This document shows, in pieces, positions 26,923-36,459 of a stretch of 64,000 nt of DNA. How positions within the stretch are numbered: position 1 is the stretch's first letter; each line of letters begins with the position of its first letter. The translations under genes were made by a program, and so were the position numbers. Origin of the DNA: an archaeon (GTDB lineage Archaea > Aenigmatarchaeota > Aenigmatarchaeia > QMZP01 > JAFGSV01); NCBI GenBank assembly GCA_028279705.1, contig JANQNF010000024.1, positions 48,257 through 112,256 of the forward strand, read 5' to 3'. The notes under the pieces were generated by a model, which was given only the letters and a program-made list of their open reading frames with translations, searched no databases and was not told the origin of the DNA.

Positions 26923-28926
26923 TTATTTTTTACTTTTCTTGATTCCATCTTTTTTCGATTTCTCGCCCTTTTCGGTTCCTGCAGCACTGTCGGTTTTTTT
27001 GGCCCCTTCTATGACACTCTTATGTTTTTCCGGCTTACGTTTTTTACTTTCCATGACTATGAGGTATGAAGCCGATACGACCAGAAGCGAAATGACTGCC
27101 ATTGCCACTATCGTGATATTGTCAAATACTTTCTTGTCAACCCCGGGCTTCTCTTCCCCAGTACAAGCATTCTTTTTGGCATCGCAACCATCTTCGCATC
27201 TTTTCAGAAGTGACCATCCGGACCCGTCACCTTCACATTCATACAGTTTGCCGTTCATGCACGACCTGTCTGATGGCGTGCATATTTTTTCAGGGACTTC
27301 AACGTCATCTTCCAGTACTTGCGCGTAAAATTCAGTTTTTACTTCGTCTATTATTGCGGCCACTTTCTGGCCGATGACCTCATAATTTATGGAAAACTCG
27401 TCTTCCGGACCGATTTCCGGATACGTTATCAGCCAGCTTGGGTCATCCTCCACCACGACAACCGTTGCTCCAGGTGCTGACACATTCACAAGACTTGCGT
27501 CAGCCGCAAATGACTTAGGGACCTTTTCGAAGACCATGAAATTCCTCACCTTCTTTTTACCCGAATATTTTATTGTAGTTTTCAGTTCCGTTCTGGTGCC
27601 GCTGAACTCAAGCGTGCGCCTGACTTTGGTGTCCCTGGTCACTGTCTCTGATATGTTTTTCAGCACTGTCTTTTCATCATCGTCCAGGTGATCATCAGAT
27701 AATACCTCGCCGATAGCTTTTGTCAGGTTCATGTTAATGTCTATCTCTGCCCCCGCTTCTATCGTGGGGTTTATGGACGTGTTGTCAGGAACTGTTATGA
27801 CCGTCGTGCCGCCTGTTCCGCCGCCCGATGTGGTACAGGACTGCGTTTCCTCAGAAACCCATGGATACTGGCACATGCTGCCGTCGTTGCATGACCTTGT
27901 TTTTTGCCCCCCTGTGCATGAAGACCAGTCCCCGCATGCCCAACTCGAATTGCATTCAAGTGTGGTGAAATTCAATACCCCTGAAATGTTGCAATTGCCA
28001 GACGCGTCGCATGAAGTTACATTGTAATAATGAGTCGTGTTCTTTGTGAGATACTTCAATGTCAGATTATGAGCCATAGTAAGAGACGCGCTGTTTACAC
28101 TTCCTGAGACTGAATGTGAAAATGGAAAGTGACTAACTGTAGAATCTGACGGCTCATCAGTTTCCCATATAATGTTTGCGGATATGGCACTTACCGCATC
28201 TTCAGTGATGTTTAATAGGGACGGCGGTGTTTCGTCAGGTGTTGTCATATTCACGTTAATATTTCTTACCACAGAATTCCCGTTACTCACAGCATCGCTG
28301 CATTCTATGTACCACGTGCTTGAACCATTTGGAACAGACGTGTTTTGTATTGTAGTGTTCGTTGCATTTGTCACGGATACATTTTCACCTGAAAATGATC
28401 CGTTTATGTAAAGTGCGCATGACATAGTCGCTTTCATGTTGTCAAGTGCAGTGAACTTGAAACCCATTGACTGGTTCGAAGAGTTGTGATTGTCGGGCGG
28501 GTATAGTAGGTTGACAGACGGAGGTTCATTGTCAATGAATAGCGCCCACGTACCAGAAATCATCGAATTCGCGTTTGTGCAGTTCACAAACCAGTTGAAT
28601 ATACCGTCGCTTAACGAGTGGTTTGCATAAACCGTTCCAGTGCTGCCGTTGGCAACCGGACCGGCAGTACCGCTACTCGTGTTGTCAATGAAAAGTACAC
28701 AGGTTGCCGGTGAGTCACCTCCCGTGTAGTTGAACCGGAACTGTATAGTATCATTCGTTCCGTTGGTCCATAAACCATTTCCCGGTGATATGAGATTGAC
28801 AATGTCCACGCCGGCACCGGTAACAGAAATGGCATAAAATATCGTGGACAGAGAGAAGAGTGCAAGCATCCCGCATAATACATGTTCCACTGTTCTCATT
28901 TTTTCACTCAACCATGTTGTGTCCAA
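26923..28926 (-). CDS. large cell-surface glycoprotein with C-terminal TM anchor and Lys-rich tail
   Basis: Signal peptide, more than 40 N-x-S/T sequons, Cys-rich modules, C-terminal TM (IVAMAVISLLVVSASYLIV), KK-rich tail. Confidence 0.6.
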   Translation of the reverse strand: MDTTWLSEKMRTVEHVLCGMLALFSLSTIFYAISVTGAGVDIVNLISPGNGLWTNGTNDTIQFRFNYTGGDSPATCVLFIDNTSSGTAGPVANGSTGTVYANHSLSDGIFNWFVNCTNANSMISGTWALFIDNEPPSVNLLYPPDNHNSSNQSMGFKFTALDNMKATMSCALYINGSFSGENVSVTNATNTTIQNTSVPNGSSTWYIECSDAVSNGNSVVRNINVNMTTPDETPPSLLNITEDAVSAISANIIWETDEPSDSTVSHFPFSHSVSGSVNSASLTMAHNLTLKYLTKNTTHYYNVTSCDASGNCNISGVLNFTTLECNSSWACGDWSSCTGGQKTRSCNDGSMCQYPWVSEETQSCTTSGGGTGGTTVITVPDNTSINPTIEAGAEIDINMNLTKAIGEVLSDDHLDDDEKTVLKNISETVTRDTKVRRTLEFSGTRTELKTTIKYSGKKKVRNFMVFEKVPKSFAADASLVNVSAPGATVVVVEDDPSWLITYPEIGPEDEFSINYEVIGQKVAAIIDEVKTEFYAQVLEDDVEVPEKICTPSDRSCMNGKLYECEGDGSGWSLLKRCEDGCDAKKNACTGEEKPGVDKKVFDNITIVAMAVISLLVVSASYLIVMESKKRKPEKHKSVIEGAKKTDSAAGTEKGEKSKKDGIKKSKK

Positions 28927-29092
28927 ACTATTGATGGAATAATGTGATTCTCAACTTTTAATACTTTATCCAGTCATGGCATATACAACTATTTTACAAT
29001 TATAATAATTTTAATTTAAAAAATTAAAAATATGTAAAAATATTTAAACTCAATTTTACAATAATTACACATCTAAATGAGGAGGTAAATAA
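28927..29092. promoter_or_regulatory. AT-rich divergent promoter region between two surface-protein genes; strong SD (AGGAGGT) before ATG 29093
   Basis: About 165 nt of more than 80% A+T with TATA-like boxes on both strands. Confidence 0.4.
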
Positions 29093-30232
29093 ATGGCGAT
29101 CAAAACACTAGCTATTATGTCAATGGCACTAGTTGTCCTTTCCATCAGCTTTACAGGCGTGCAGGCATACGAATTCAGTGAAGACTGGGAAACCGGGTCG
29201 ATTTCTTCACTCAAGTGGGCGACGTCAGGGACAAACCAGTACAGAACTTACGTGACGACTGGGTACTCACCCCGTGACACATACCACATACGCATGGACG
29301 ACAGCAGGGGCGACGGGACTTACAGCAGGAACGAACTAACCACTAAGGAAGACTTTTCCGGTGCAACGACCATGCAGCTGAGCTTCTACTGGAAGGAGCA
29401 ATATGACGAGAGTCATTACTGCCCGTCTACATGGAACTTCAGCGCGAACGGGGATTGTGTGGCTTTCACATGCGACGGATTCGTCTGGCATAAGATAATA
29501 GACCTTACAGGCGGTACAAGTTCGTACAAGAACGAAGTATACAACATATCCACACATCCAAACTTCTGTGAAGAAGTGGACTCTTCGTTTGCCATAAAGT
29601 TCCAGCATTACGACAACTATCCGCTTGGCAGTGACGGAATCTTCCTTGATGACATATCAGTAACCTATGAAATCGAGAACGATGACTCCTGCGAAGACAG
29701 CGACGGCGGGATTGTTGCAGATGTCTTTGGCTATTTGACCATTTCACTTAACGGCAGCCAATACAACCAGAGCGATTACTGCGACGACGGTTCCACTGTC
29801 ATGGAGTACTACTGCGACGGTAACTATGAAGAGTCCCAGCTGACAAGCTGCGGTACAGACAGTTACGGCGATGCCTACTGCATCGGGGACGATGTGTACA
29901 AAGACTACACTGACAACTACTGTTCGTATGGTGCGTGTGATTACAGTGTGACACCCACACTGCAGGAATCATGCGAATACGGATGCTATGGTGGCTCCTG
30001 TAATGAGCCGCCTGCCGACTACTGCAATGAAACCGATGGTGGAATGTTCCCCTACACGTTTGGTACAGCATTTGGGTTTTTCAGTGGTTATTCCTATAGT
30101 GAACCCGATTTCTGTGTGAATAACGTGACGTTAACGGAATTCTACTGCAGCGGGGACTATCACTATGAAACGAACATAAGTTGCGTGGTAAACGGTACAG
30201 GTTATTGCTACGATGGCAAATGTCAGTTCTGA
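29093..30232 (+). CDS. secreted Cys/Tyr/Asp-rich repeat protein, hypothetical
   Basis: Signal peptide MAIKTLAIMSMALVVLSISFTGVQA, then repeated YCDDG/CxxDxY modules. Confidence 0.55.
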   Translation: MAIKTLAIMSMALVVLSISFTGVQAYEFSEDWETGSISSLKWATSGTNQYRTYVTTGYSPRDTYHIRMDDSRGDGTYSRNELTTKEDFSGATTMQLSFYWKEQYDESHYCPSTWNFSANGDCVAFTCDGFVWHKIIDLTGGTSSYKNEVYNISTHPNFCEEVDSSFAIKFQHYDNYPLGSDGIFLDDISVTYEIENDDSCEDSDGGIVADVFGYLTISLNGSQYNQSDYCDDGSTVMEYYCDGNYEESQLTSCGTDSYGDAYCIGDDVYKDYTDNYCSYGACDYSVTPTLQESCEYGCYGGSCNEPPADYCNETDGGMFPYTFGTAFGFFSGYSYSEPDFCVNNVTLTEFYCSGDYHYETNISCVVNGTGYCYDGKCQF

Positions 30233-30340
30233 ACTCAGTTAACATGCAGCGGTACTGTCTTTTCTCGGCACGCCGTTGCAACTTTTAATTTCTTTTCTAG
30301 ATCTCACCGAATATAGACATGAACTACAATAAAACATTGC

Positions 30341-31195
30341 CTATATCTTTTTTATCTTTCCTGGTGTCGGTTCGTAGCAGACGCCTTCCCCAAGGAGCTC
30401 GTTTATCACGCCTTCGAGGTCTTCCTCTGGCGCTCCCGACTGCTGCATGAGTTCGCTGTACTTTATTCCTTCTTGGCTGCCTTCTATCAGCGTGAGCACT
30501 TTCTTCCTGAGGTTCTCGCCTTCTGCGGGTTCAGGTTTTTCTTCTTCCTGCGGCTTTGGAGGTTCAGGCTTAGCATCGGCTGCCTCAGGCTTTGCTTCAG
30601 CTGCTGGTTCCGGCGCTTTTGCAGGTTCTTCCTTAATCGGTTCCGGTTGCGCTGCCTGCTGGGGTGCTGGAGGCGTTTGCGTCTTCACCGGTTCAGCTGC
30701 TGGTTCCGGCTTTGCTTGGGGTTCTTTGGTTTCCGGTGGAGCCTGTGCAGGCTGAGTAGGCTCTTCCTTTGGCGCTTCCTGCACGTTTCCGGACCTCTTC
30801 TTGATCAGTTCCAGAACCTCGAGCCTGAAAAGCGTTTCCTGGTCTGGAGTTATCTTGGTTATGATCTCCGGTACTATGTATATCTCGCCCTCGTATTCCC
30901 GCACCTTGCCTATGAGATTCACGAGGTCTCCTACCTGGACAGTGTTTAGAAGTTCTATCTCCCTCCACAGCTTGGCCCTGATGGAAGCCGTGGAATCGTC
31001 AAGCGTGATTGAAGAGAAGTTGCCGTCTTCGGAAGTGAACTTACCTACTACGGTTCCCGCTATCCTGGCTCTTGCGATGTTTTCCTTGGCCGGGGTGATA
31101 ACGTAGCTTGGTTCCATTCCTTCCTTTTTCACCCACTCGCCGCTTATCAGGTCAACTGCCCGGACTTTCTTTGCGGTCTGTCTCTGAATTGGCAT
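30341..31195 (-). CDS. OB-fold + winged-helix protein (RPA32-like architecture) with P/E/A/K low-complexity linker
   Basis: N-terminal OB-like block (ARIAGTVVGK...IRAKLWREI...VGDLVNLIGKVREYEGEIYIVPEI), about 90-aa PEAK repeats, C-terminal wH (LIEGSQEGIKYSELMQQSG...LLGEGVCYE). Confidence 0.5.
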   Translation of the reverse strand: MPIQRQTAKKVRAVDLISGEWVKKEGMEPSYVITPAKENIARARIAGTVVGKFTSEDGNFSSITLDDSTASIRAKLWREIELLNTVQVGDLVNLIGKVREYEGEIYIVPEIITKITPDQETLFRLEVLELIKKRSGNVQEAPKEEPTQPAQAPPETKEPQAKPEPAAEPVKTQTPPAPQQAAQPEPIKEEPAKAPEPAAEAKPEAADAKPEPPKPQEEEKPEPAEGENLRKKVLTLIEGSQEGIKYSELMQQSGAPEEDLEGVINELLGEGVCYEPTPGKIKKI

Positions 31196-31232
31196 AACAA
31201 GTTTATGCTCTTCTTATTTATAGCGTTTTCGG

Positions 31233-31583
31233 TCAGGTCCCAAGTAACATCAATTTCTCGTTGATCGCCAGTTTCCTCAGGTGAGGATCCTGCGTATGTA
31301 TGTCAAGGATCTTCTTCCAGTCCCTGTCTGGCGGCAGAGATATGACATCGAGTTTGTAGGGTTCGAGATGCTCCTTGTACATGTCCCATGAAGCATAAGC
31401 CTCTGTCGATGAGTGCGTCTTTTCTTCCCTCTCTTCTTCCTGCGACTCCTCCTCGACATCTCCTTTCATGGAATCTTCGTCGATGTCATCTTCCATGAGC
31501 TTCATAGCGCCATATTTGAAAAATGACGAATTCAGGAACTTTCCTTTCATGATAAATGTTTCGAGTAAGGGATTAAAAATCAT
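31233..31583 (-). CDS. acidic hypothetical protein, translationally coupled to the DRG GTPase (ATGA overlap)
   Basis: 116 aa with a D/E-rich centre and no recognisable domain. Confidence 0.45.
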   Translation of the reverse strand: MIFNPLLETFIMKGKFLNSSFFKYGAMKLMEDDIDEDSMKGDVEEESQEEEREEKTHSSTEAYASWDMYKEHLEPYKLDVISLPPDRDWKKILDIHTQDPHLRKLAINEKLMLLGT

Positions 31584-32644
31584 GCGTGCAGTTCGACAAT
31601 GTCCTTATCCTTTAGCTTGTGGTCCGGGCCGACCTTCTGCTCGTCGAATTTGGCAGAAGGTCCCCATATCCTTGCGTACTTGAGGTATTTTTCCTGACCT
31701 TTCAGAATCTTCTTTGCAACATCCATGATGGTGACTCCCTCGTTCATTATGAGCGGCTCTTCCATGTCCGGCTCCTTGCCGATTCTTTTCATGTATATCC
31801 GTACGAGGTCAAGCTTCTTCCACATGGCTTCCTTGAGGTCGTCTAGATTTTCTTCCTTCTCTGCCGATATCTTGACTATGTTTCTTGTTATCCTGCTGAA
31901 ATCCATTATTTTGTCTATCTTGTTTAGGACTACTAGGGACGGGACATAGACCCTGTTTTTCATCATGGCGTCTATAAGTTGTTCCTCGTCAATGTTTTCG
32001 CGTATCAGAATGTCTGCATTGTGCATCTTGAATTCGGACAAAACCTTCTTCACGGTATCCTTTGTGAGCTTTGGCCTCTTCACCGCTATATTTATGTTGA
32101 GTCCGCCGGTGTCTTTCTTTGAAATCCTTACGTCAGGCTTGCGGGTGTCAAGCCTGAATCCCGCATTGTAGAGCTCCTTTCTCATTGGTTCCAGCTGGTC
32201 TATGTCGTCGAGGACGAAAACTATGAGGTCGGCACTCCTGACAGCAGATAGTACTTGCCTTCCCTTCCCGGCACCTTTCGCCGCATCGGCTATGAGACCC
32301 GGAACGTCGAGCATCTGTATCCTGGCACCGTTGTATTGAAGCATCCCGGGAACGACGTCAAGCGTCGTGAAATCGTAATGCCCTATCTTTGACTCCGCAT
32401 TCGTGAGTCTTGTGAGAAGTGTAGACTTGCCAACAGAAGGATACCCTACCAAAAGGACGGTCGCATCACCGGATTTCTTCACATTGAAGCCTGGTCCGTA
32501 GCTCGTTCCAGACCCCTTGGCGTCCTCTGCTCGTAGTTTCGCAAGCTTTGCCTTGAGTGATCCTATATGGCCCTGAGTGTGCTTGTTGTATTTGGTCTTC
32601 TCAAGTTCTTCCTCGATCTTTTGTATCTCTTCCTCGCGCGTCAT
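31580..32644 (-). CDS. DRG/Obg-family GTPase with C-terminal TGS domain
   Basis: G1 GYPSVGKST, G3 DVPG, and a TGS-like C-terminus. Confidence 0.8.
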   Translation of the reverse strand: MTREEEIQKIEEELEKTKYNKHTQGHIGSLKAKLAKLRAEDAKGSGTSYGPGFNVKKSGDATVLLVGYPSVGKSTLLTRLTNAESKIGHYDFTTLDVVPGMLQYNGARIQMLDVPGLIADAAKGAGKGRQVLSAVRSADLIVFVLDDIDQLEPMRKELYNAGFRLDTRKPDVRISKKDTGGLNINIAVKRPKLTKDTVKKVLSEFKMHNADILIRENIDEEQLIDAMMKNRVYVPSLVVLNKIDKIMDFSRITRNIVKISAEKEENLDDLKEAMWKKLDLVRIYMKRIGKEPDMEEPLIMNEGVTIMDVAKKILKGQEKYLKYARIWGPSAKFDEQKVGPDHKLKDKDIVELHA

Positions 32645-32707
32645 AAAAGAATATTGTCATGAAAGGTTATTATTGCTGAATGCGCAAGAACTGCATGCTG
32701 GTTATCT

Positions 32708-33520
32708 TCACAGCCACGTGCTTTTCAGGTCTTTAAGCTTCCCGGTCGTTTTCATGTTCCTGAGAATCTTGTTGATTTCATCCATGAGTGCAACGTTGTC
32801 GAGATTTGTCGCTATCCCGTAATATTCCTGGGTGAACGGCTCACCGACCATTTTCAAATCATCAGGATTTTCCTTTACGTAACCGGAAGATCCGATAAGG
32901 TCAGTGACCAGCGCATCTATTTCCCCGGCTTTCAGGTCTTCTATTATCTCTTCGTAACCCGGATAGCCTATCACGGATTCCCTGTCCGCGTATTCCAATA
33001 CGGCCTGTTCGCACGTCGTGCCTGCACTCACTCCCACTTTTGTACCGTTTAGGTCTTCGGGACCTTTTATGTCATCGTTTTCCACTCTTACGGTTATTAC
33101 CTGGCCCGCGTCGAAATACGGGACACTGAAAAGCATTTCTTCCTGCCGCTCAGGTGTTATTGTGATCGCAGAGATTATTATGTCGACTTCCCCGCTTTTC
33201 ACAGCGTCGAATAGTTCTCCCCACGGTATTTGCTTGAATTCGGTGGCGACTCCCATCTGGGCCGCAATCTCCCTTGTGACATCAAGGTCGTATCCGACAA
33301 ATTCTCCGGACTCGTCAATATACTCCATCGGCGGGTAATCCGGAATTGCACCAACGACAAGTTTCCCACTCGCCTGTACGTCAATAAGTGATGTGTCGGT
33401 TACCACTTTTTCTTCTTCAACCGTCTGCGTGCATCCTGAAATTACTAAGACTGAGAAAACAAATAATACGAAAATAACGTTTTTCGAAATCATTCTCCCG
33501 ATATAATAATTGGCATCCAT
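32708..33520 (-). CDS. family-3 solute-binding protein (polar amino-acid SBP fold), lipobox-like ISGC
   Basis: GKLVVGAIPDYPPMEYIDESGEFVGYDLDV... SBP_bac_3 pattern. No adjacent permease or ATPase. Confidence 0.65.
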   Translation of the reverse strand: MDANYYIGRMISKNVIFVLFVFSVLVISGCTQTVEEEKVVTDTSLIDVQASGKLVVGAIPDYPPMEYIDESGEFVGYDLDVTREIAAQMGVATEFKQIPWGELFDAVKSGEVDIIISAITITPERQEEMLFSVPYFDAGQVITVRVENDDIKGPEDLNGTKVGVSAGTTCEQAVLEYADRESVIGYPGYEEIIEDLKAGEIDALVTDLIGSSGYVKENPDDLKMVGEPFTQEYYGIATNLDNVALMDEINKILRNMKTTGKLKDLKSTWL

Positions 33521-33563
33521 CCTATTTTATACTTTTCTATTGGTGCCAACGGCTTCAGCTAGG

Positions 33564-33926
33564 TCACCCGTCCGTTACTTCAAGCACCTTTGCTGTCATG
33601 TAGGGGTTTCCATCCACTTTGAACGGGAAGAACTTCATTTTCAATTTTATTAATTTTCCCTGCTTGGTTTTTACGGGAACGGTCTTTATCGTGGGTTCAG
33701 ACAATGTGAATATCTCTGATTCCATTTTCCTTGCATGTTCCTGCGAGTCGGAGTGGACATTCGTTACCTGCCTGTCCAGCAATTCAGACTCTTTATATCC
33801 CATGATCTTGCAGAGCTTTTTGCCTATCCACTGGAAAGTCATGTCATAGCCATCCGATATTGCGTCGGGATCAGGTACCTTTTTCTTGGCAGCCTCGATG
33901 AGCTTTTCAACACTTTCACTTGACAT
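33564..33926 (-). CDS. PAS-domain protein
   Basis: 120 aa with a PAS-like beta-sheet core. Confidence 0.45.
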   Translation of the reverse strand: MSSESVEKLIEAAKKKVPDPDAISDGYDMTFQWIGKKLCKIMGYKESELLDRQVTNVHSDSQEHARKMESEIFTLSEPTIKTVPVKTKQGKLIKLKMKFFPFKVDGNPYMTAKVLEVTDG

Positions 33927-34085
33927 TAAAACTATGTTTCATTTTTCACCTTAAATAATATGATCCCCGCATAGACGCGGGGTTTTTGATACCTTCTCCA
34001 CCGATGCAGTTTTCACATGCTAAGAATGAACATTTCGTCACTTCTTCTGACTAACCTATAAATTGGATGACAGAGAATTATATTC

Positions 34086-35936
34086 ATGGCAACTGAGCTG
34101 AAAAAAGAACTGGGACTGATACACGTCGTGATGCTTTGTACAGGTGCCATAATGGGCACGGGCATCTTCATCATACCAGGCGTTGCGGGCGGCCTCATGG
34201 GTCCTGGGTCAATGATACTCTGGGTCATAATAGGATGCCTTACAATACCGATAAGCCTGTGCTTCATAGAACTTGCGTCGAGCTATAACATCACAGGGGG
34301 CCCGTACGTATATGTCAGGGAAGCCATGGGCGACTTCTGGGGCTTCATAACCGGGTGGACCGCCTGGCTTATGGCGTGCATATACATAGGGACGCACACG
34401 ATAGCCATAAAGTATTACTTGGATTATTTTTACGAACTTACTTTCGTTGAGTCTGCCGTGCTTTATGCCGGCGTCATAGGCATCATAACACTTGTCAATT
34501 ATGCAGGCGTAAAGCAGGGGGGCAGGACACAGCTTTTCCTTACGCTTGGAACGTTTTCCGTGCTTGCGATATTCATAATATTCGGACTTCCCAAGGTCGA
34601 CATGACAAACTTCGACCCGCTGTTTCCGCTTGGACTTTCAGCTCTTGGGATGACCGCCGTATTGATAGTCGAGCCGTTCATAGGCTGGGAGACGACGACT
34701 GTCATCGCAGGTGAGGTCAAGGACACCAAGAGGAACATACCGCTCGGACTGGTGATATCGACCGTTCTCATAATGTCTTTCTACCTGCTCACGGTGTTCG
34801 TGACGCTTGGTGTCATGAACTGGGAGATGCTGGCCGAATCGGTCTCACCCATGGCGGACGTGATGAAGCTTGCCTACGGAAGCTTCATGGGCATGATGAT
34901 GACCGGCGGTGCAATAGTGGTAAGCCTTGCCTGCCTGAATGCGTGGATACTCACGACTGCGAGGCTTCCATACGCCATGGCAAAGGACAAGCTTTTCCTT
35001 GACTCCTTTGGAAACATAAGCAGGAAGTACAATACACCGTCGAGATCGCTTCTGGTCCAGGCTATCATAGCCTTCGTCATAACACTTACGGGTTCATACG
35101 AAGGTGCGGTATTCCTTCTCATGGCAAACGCGCTGATGCTTTATGCGCTCTGCGCATTGTCTGTCATAAAGCTTAAGAAGAGGCCGGTAGACAGGCTCAT
35201 AGACCTTCCCGTCGTCATACCACTCATGGCTTTTGTCATGTGCATAATACTGCTCATACAGATACCGTTCGAGCTCATGCTTTCTGGACTGATGCTCATA
35301 GCGTTTGGTATACCGATCTACATAATGATACGGGTAACTTATGACAAGGAGTTCCTTGAGAAATTCTACAATGCGGTGTCACCGCTTTATGATGTGATCT
35401 CACCGCTTTGGTATGGAAAGGGCAGAAGGGACAAGGTGATAACCAACGCCGATGTGAAACCTGGCAACATAGTTCTTGACTACGGCTGCGCGACAGGTAC
35501 AGACGTTGTGGGACTTTCAAAGCTTGTTGGAAGTGAAGGCAAGATAGTTGCAGTGGACATATCCATAAAGCAGCTTGAAAGGAGTGTTGAACGCGCAAAG
35601 AAAATACCCGGAATGCCGAACGTGGCCTTTGTCAAGGAAGGAAAAGAGCTCATGCCGTTTGAGGCAAACACGTTCGATCGTATAGTTTCCGTCGGCGTGC
35701 TGTCATACCAAGACGATCCGACCGAGCTGCTCAAGGAATTCAGGAAAGTGCTTCGGAAAGGCGGGAAAGTGAGCATACTCGATTTCGGCAGGGCACTTTT
35801 CGTCCCCAAGGCAAAATACCTCAAATCCCACGAGACCATAAAGAAGACATTTAATAGCGCTGGATTCAAAGACATTAATGTGGAAAAAAACAGCAGCATC
35901 TCTGCTGAGTACTACTACATAACTGCAGTGAAGTGA
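34086..35936 (+). CDS. APC-family amino-acid permease fused to a C-terminal class-I SAM-dependent methyltransferase domain
   Basis: 12-TM APC-like N-terminal part, then motif I VLDYGCATG and the post-I/II blocks of a type-11 MTase, in one continuous 616-aa ORF. Confidence 0.6.
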   Translation: MATELKKELGLIHVVMLCTGAIMGTGIFIIPGVAGGLMGPGSMILWVIIGCLTIPISLCFIELASSYNITGGPYVYVREAMGDFWGFITGWTAWLMACIYIGTHTIAIKYYLDYFYELTFVESAVLYAGVIGIITLVNYAGVKQGGRTQLFLTLGTFSVLAIFIIFGLPKVDMTNFDPLFPLGLSALGMTAVLIVEPFIGWETTTVIAGEVKDTKRNIPLGLVISTVLIMSFYLLTVFVTLGVMNWEMLAESVSPMADVMKLAYGSFMGMMMTGGAIVVSLACLNAWILTTARLPYAMAKDKLFLDSFGNISRKYNTPSRSLLVQAIIAFVITLTGSYEGAVFLLMANALMLYALCALSVIKLKKRPVDRLIDLPVVIPLMAFVMCIILLIQIPFELMLSGLMLIAFGIPIYIMIRVTYDKEFLEKFYNAVSPLYDVISPLWYGKGRRDKVITNADVKPGNIVLDYGCATGTDVVGLSKLVGSEGKIVAVDISIKQLERSVERAKKIPGMPNVAFVKEGKELMPFEANTFDRIVSVGVLSYQDDPTELLKEFRKVLRKGGKVSILDFGRALFVPKAKYLKSHETIKKTFNSAGFKDINVEKNSSISAEYYYITAVK

Positions 35937-35937
35937 C

Positions 35938-36432
35938 ATGAAAGTAAAAGACATAATGACAAAGAATCTCATAAAGTTCAAGCCGGGCCAGACGCTGCAC
36001 GATGCCCTTGAGGCATTCACCAACAAGAACATTTCCGGTGCACCGGTCGTCAAGGACGGCAAGCTGCTGGGTCTTATAACCGAGCTTGACGTCATAAAGG
36101 TCATAGACATTTACACACCAAAGGTACATTTCACGTCAATGCCCCATTTCTTTTTGGTCCTTGCAGGGCTTAAGAGCAGGAAGAAGGCAACAGAGCTTAA
36201 GAAGAAGATAGTGGCCGCATCAAAGCTCAAGATCGAAGATTTCATGACGGCAGAACCCGTCACGATAGAGGAAGGCGCCGACATAATGGAGGCTGCGAGA
36301 ATCATAGACACTTACAAGGTGAACAGGATTCCCGTAATGCACGGTGACAAGCTCTGCGGCATAATAACGAGAAACGACATAATCAAGTCCGTTGCAAAGC
36401 TCGAACTGTCGCTTGTGAAGAAAAAGAAATAA
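35938..36432 (+). CDS. CBS-domain pair protein
   Basis: Two CBS motifs (IMTKNLIKF...GAPVV, FMTAEPVTI...RIPVM). Confidence 0.75.
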   Translation: MKVKDIMTKNLIKFKPGQTLHDALEAFTNKNISGAPVVKDGKLLGLITELDVIKVIDIYTPKVHFTSMPHFFLVLAGLKSRKKATELKKKIVAASKLKIEDFMTAEPVTIEEGADIMEAARIIDTYKVNRIPVMHGDKLCGIITRNDIIKSVAKLELSLVKKKK

Positions 36433-36459
36433 TATAATCATAATTTCTCAAATACTCTC

